A DNA stretch of 64,000 nucleotides from positions 32,050 through 96,049 of the forward strand of contig JACOVG010000003.1 of the NCBI GenBank assembly GCA_016177405.1, written 5' to 3'. Every line of letters starts with the position of its first letter. The stretch's first letter is position 1. A model generated the notes under the pieces. It saw only the letters and a program-made list of their open reading frames with translations, had not been told where the DNA came from and did no database searches. Source of the stretch: Candidatus Omnitrophota bacterium (GTDB lineage: Bacteria; Omnitrophota; Gorgyraeia; 1-14-0-20-64-10). Of this stretch, positions 62,701 through 64,000 are shown piece by piece. The position numbers and the translations under genes are program-made.

Positions 62701-63564
62701 ATCACTTCGAAGCTGGAAACCATCCTGGCGGCCGCCAAGCCGCGCTCAAAGGAGAGCCATTCCTTCAACGCCGTCATGGCGCACAAGGTCAACAATTTGC
62801 TTACTGGAATAGTCGGCTATGCCGATCTTTACTCCATAGCGAAGGATATCGAGGGTCGTAAGAAGAGGATGGAGCAGGTCAGAGATGGCCTCCGGGATCT
62901 AGCTAATTTCTTTACCGACGTTGGCAAAATGCCCGATGCGGAGCTTGTTAAACTGGCACAGGATGCTTTGGTGCTTAGCAGGGGAGGGATTCTCCAGACG
63001 GCCCAATCGTCTCCCGTTGTGCCGGCGCAGCCTCCCGCGACGGGCTTGGAGGAGATGACAGCGGAGAAACGAGTGACGGGATGGTACGAGGGGCTGACCA
63101 AAGAAGGGACAGGACAGGTGGCCGACGAGAAGCTCATGCTTCACTTGATGCCTGGTGAGGAATCGTTCGTGGTGGAGGTAAAAGACCAGCCGCCGGTTAC
63201 GGTGATCTATCGCGAGAAGGGGATGGAACTGCAGGCAGAGTTAGTGGATACGGTTGGAGGGGAGAACATTCGGGATTTGCCAGAAGGACCAGCCGATGTG
63301 GAGCTCCTTCTTCGCAAGGCCGATCCCCATGCCATTGTCCTTCTGAAGCCTGATTCAAGAATAACTGTTCCATCGGATGTGAAGATTCCGGTTCTCATTC
63401 TCCCGGCGGCGAAAGCGGCAGAGTTGACTGCCCATGAATTGAGCGCCATCGCGGCCGAAATTCATCGAAACGCCGGGTTCCACGGATACCTCTACCGGGT
63501 GAGCGACATCACCCGCGCTGGCCTCGAGGAAAACAAGTCCGCCGTTGTCCTGCACATGGCCTAA
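56716..63564 (+). CDS. Giant (about 2280 aa) secreted or membrane-anchored multidomain protein of unknown function
   Basis: Uninterrupted 6.8-kb frame in an AT-richer stretch. N-terminus MVDIPMTDNPMAPGKFFILRRFLALWLILGLALPNSASA/LRP is a Sec signal with an ASA cleavage site. Four PBS-lyase-type HEAT repeats (about 58735..59100), GxGxxG loop VLGAGGLG (58021..58050), HprK-like P-loop LFIGGSGIGKTG...MGDD (about 62070..62200), HisKA-like H-box MAHKVNNLLTGIVGYADL (62778..62830). About ten copies of an (A/P/T)-G-L-E-E motif. Start codon uncertain (ATG 56716, 56731 or 56746; TTG 56686). Confidence 0.8.
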   Translation: MVDIPMTDNPMAPGKFFILRRFLALWLILGLALPNSASALRPQNAGMEEGSATNSQLERVLRGTSVLPAVSPGAGLEEGRASRATSLRAFLNQHFKTDDKRDLVYRMRALLEHSSEATDYQSFLKDLAGIAIVLGHGSSLDPASIEFSNDFERWLNSLDEQRRNPGEEDSYGVWERDSLRFLQALGPTLEIFAKGEGSQRADFASVASQFKLSEEELQELVNRVQAAIRYDAAKPDAGLEEELLKLAKELEGRLLEQVEKEPKLEGLRENLKEWGINLKDTTVLLGIHLGANVLGSSSPPMLNHLLNEFGPVRKALGDRKIVHLPFNVPGTPNPSDPLSDIQKILPAILKNPRFALATFTEPHKGVPVQLDWVNEREEETGSNPSVTFVLLERDPKGQVKTVGMNGDGPAFLIEVERAWGPQGGQQGGVAGKNVVLGAGGLGISLVSTMLNLPPADRPARIVLTEVPGKLAKAKETLEELLSAPELKLSDAQKAQVILLSATDPNVTLEIKQADWLVDATGLGTDPLKPEETPLPDPSVFSQMKPDANILQAPYRDKEGRPVLTRLIRDAYSQGIPTHRLHNGLRLAARSAALEVAWLVKRLTGKEIDVEMLYQETCRYIHDDLGMREAKELLRSLPSHQAGLEEGWPGRVAYKLLGLVVEDPHAWVKGLRRQHLERQLKHRDPTVRRDAASALGEMKDLRTIPALIKALKNPDPFVRRIAANVLKKMHRDPQVGSALLIEALKDPDPDIRKGIAFVLGSIIRDRQSIPTLIKVLKEDGDSGVRESAAYALLEITGVRVLHYAYNPYSAGSKTVVSQAPPKYPEAVTLLQSAARETQDPAVRFTISWILEQFQPNGLKQGAKLITDVLSNAQKERFENLPGVSVRDHSWMKRKVNQIVFPPFGDWAPLQELLKTSGINPYATRLQLTSSAWLEGDRVKYGTILVLLARATPVLWHASYFRADVRAHDIPPIVGPVLAGATGGPRVYRTDRLIGHLGHFEEMKAFFLLDWAQSQLQRRQAGKEPLIPFEKEAADLYQILPGVLQGVFLGKRISRQGVDQFIKIGERYKIPPLNNEDLKALNQLFVGKDSLSLEDILQPVWRLSKPNEHDRFEPDAEENARAWMALLVLEAMKVRYPDLQKKAADQLEEILGKLLILYLHSSTSPSALPQAPGTPAGLEEGKIDPAVRGALRDAFAGEEMDVSARANILGDQFLSLEPTQKKELLSWLILLGYSKPEASEVFAEMLINPSSPQLPEAILEVILSDISDSMLVAAAQPSGKAFETTLPYHVGDLVYAIHPDEKREAAEKVMLLEMTRKSKKKDSRFYVLGSHILLNRLSHLHTVETSRRQWFDQAIYVLPGLLSEAILQWRGQLYLMATESYRSYLHSGVPLLPHMQIFSILSMLESTLLQHQSFLEAGRLSLDLSVDPETRALSVRLIEEKREALKTDFSRMDGYFSTLAEEVETYLTQNLKNRGSIHLKRELLGFLVRMDERYIDLLRAVGKSPEGISPFQERISQRQAEIEQIDQKVLQVLGLAAGLEEVEPNETLLIRWLNMHEALLNEKSNNKDSLSQANELQAQLFARTTSLEAGMGLLRYIHNHLLLGNFLLMNNYRQRQAIGDRLVDVVLQIAENHKNDIPLLEQAEVVSKALQVTLWSGQSIHIRAMTTRMVIQTLLKNARETEQEPPPDAGLEEWGADVWDRLYEIAEVPAVKQLLKSILYPIPWEEGYIQIEAADSDITENWGKIVEALSDSKDLQETASVFQTKVFKPYQIYGTLLYDNDKEEGVLFIGGSGIGKTGLAVSVLDFPKRGGRPQTDRWDVMGDDTLIGFMDEGKLYVGHNPSADVNHLNYANGYVLGQWDFSEGFVPVGRVFIMTESNDKGDKQSVGDFVLDLMSTKEEKAFLPPDMLQALNTLPSTRLPVPDQADLQWYKEHAKPIVEASGLEEGDAKELRASLLALWEEIRGPVEEIDTNAGMLLGFLEAGKEPREFVKQAAGKTITSKLETILAAAKPRSKESHSFNAVMAHKVNNLLTGIVGYADLYSIAKDIEGRKKRMEQVRDGLRDLANFFTDVGKMPDAELVKLAQDALVLSRGGILQTAQSSPVVPAQPPATGLEEMTAEKRVTGWYEGLTKEGTGQVADEKLMLHLMPGEESFVVEVKDQPPVTVIYREKGMELQAELVDTVGGENIRDLPEGPADVELLLRKADPHAIVLLKPDSRITVPSDVKIPVLILPAAKAAELTAHELSAIAAEIHRNAGFHGYLYRVSDITRAGLEENKSAVVLHMA

Positions 63565-63590
63565 AAGGCCAACCCTTCGCACGGTGATTA

Positions 63591-63625
63591 AGGGGTGCCA
63601 GGTTAAAACCTGGCACCCCTTTCTG
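63591..63625 (+). terminator. Rho-independent terminator after the giant gene
   Basis: AGGGGTGCCAGG-ttaaaa-CCTGGCACCCCT followed by TTCTGCTT. Confidence 0.65.
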
Positions 63626-63676
63626 CTTAGAAAAATGGTTGCAAGTTTAGATTTTCGTGATAGACTCTACCCAAAA

Positions 63677-64000
63677 TGCCTATGCCTAAGTTGAGCATCA
63701 GGAGCATGGTTTTGATCGGGGCGCTCGGGGTGATGACGATCGCCTCGGTTCAACTTTGGGTGGGCCGGAATTCCGAGAAGGCCAAGAGGATCTGGGCCGA
63801 GGATCAGCTTCGCAAGATCACGGCGGCCAAGGAGGAGCTCGAGGAAGAGAAGGAAGAGCTCACCAAGGCCAAGGAGGCGCTCGCGGCCCAGGTCGGCGAC
63901 TTGACGAGCCAGGCCAAGGCGATCTCCGATCAATTGGCCTCCGAGAAGCGGGCCCGCGAATCCCTCACCTCCGAGCTGGCCAAGGTCCGGGACGAGGCGG
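63677..64000 (+). CDS. Hypothetical membrane-anchored coiled-coil protein, 3'-partial (runs off the window)
   Basis: ATG 63677; MPMPKLSIRSMVLIGALGVMTIASVQLWVG (TM helix) followed by the heptad-rich EDQLRKITAAKEELEEEKEELTKAKEALAAQV...; no stop before the window end. Confidence 0.5.

Noticed and set aside
56941-63535. Considered whether the recurring CTGGAGGAGG 10-mers in the giant gene are internal Shine-Dalgarno sites (GGAGG) producing nested proteins
   Set aside because: No ATG, GTG or TTG start codon lies at an appropriate 5-10 nt distance after most copies. Conservation of the encoded A-G-L-E-E peptide and of the preceding Pro-rich context argues for a protein-level motif.

Overview
This is a GC-rich (by eye roughly mid-60s % GC) bacterial chromosomal window. 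It is gene-dense and almost entirely + strand, with a Gram-negative-type envelope gene set (outer-membrane beta-barrel, BamE-like lipoprotein, lspA, lgt). Most of it is housekeeping: guaA (3' part), dnaE, hup, hisS, aspS, a phoH-pgpH-ybeY-dgkA block, recO, glyQS, ppdK, an alternative sigma factor, apt, a cvpA-dnaG-rpoD operon, three tRNAs, rnhA plus RNase P RNA, a complete dcw cell-wall/division cluster (mraZ to ftsA), yggS-proC-yggT, ileS-dksA-lspA-lgt-rluD. Many adjacent genes share 4-nt ATGA/GTGA stop-start overlaps. Many ORFs in the supplied track, especially the long antisense and alternate-frame ones, are high-GC artefacts and are rejected below. Six things stand out. (1) A roughly 2280-aa secreted or membrane-anchored giant protein (56716..63564) is compositionally atypical (AT-richer), carries about ten copies of an (A/P/T)-G-L-E-E motif, and has a domain mosaic of HEAT repeats, a GxGxxG site, an HprK-like P-loop and a HisKA-like H-box. 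(2) A c-di-GMP-I (GEMM) riboswitch-like element with a terminator lies in front of a three-ORF operon of unknown function. (3) Two palindromic repeats with a 21-bp period sit just upstream of the promoter of a major outer-membrane protein gene, which has a long structured leader. (4) The mraZ leader has three GTGGA repeats at 10-bp spacing (a MraZ-operator-like arrangement) and a terminator-like hairpin. (5) The dcw cluster ends at ftsA with no adjacent ftsZ. (6) hisS and yggS appear to start on non-canonical codons (CTG and ATT).
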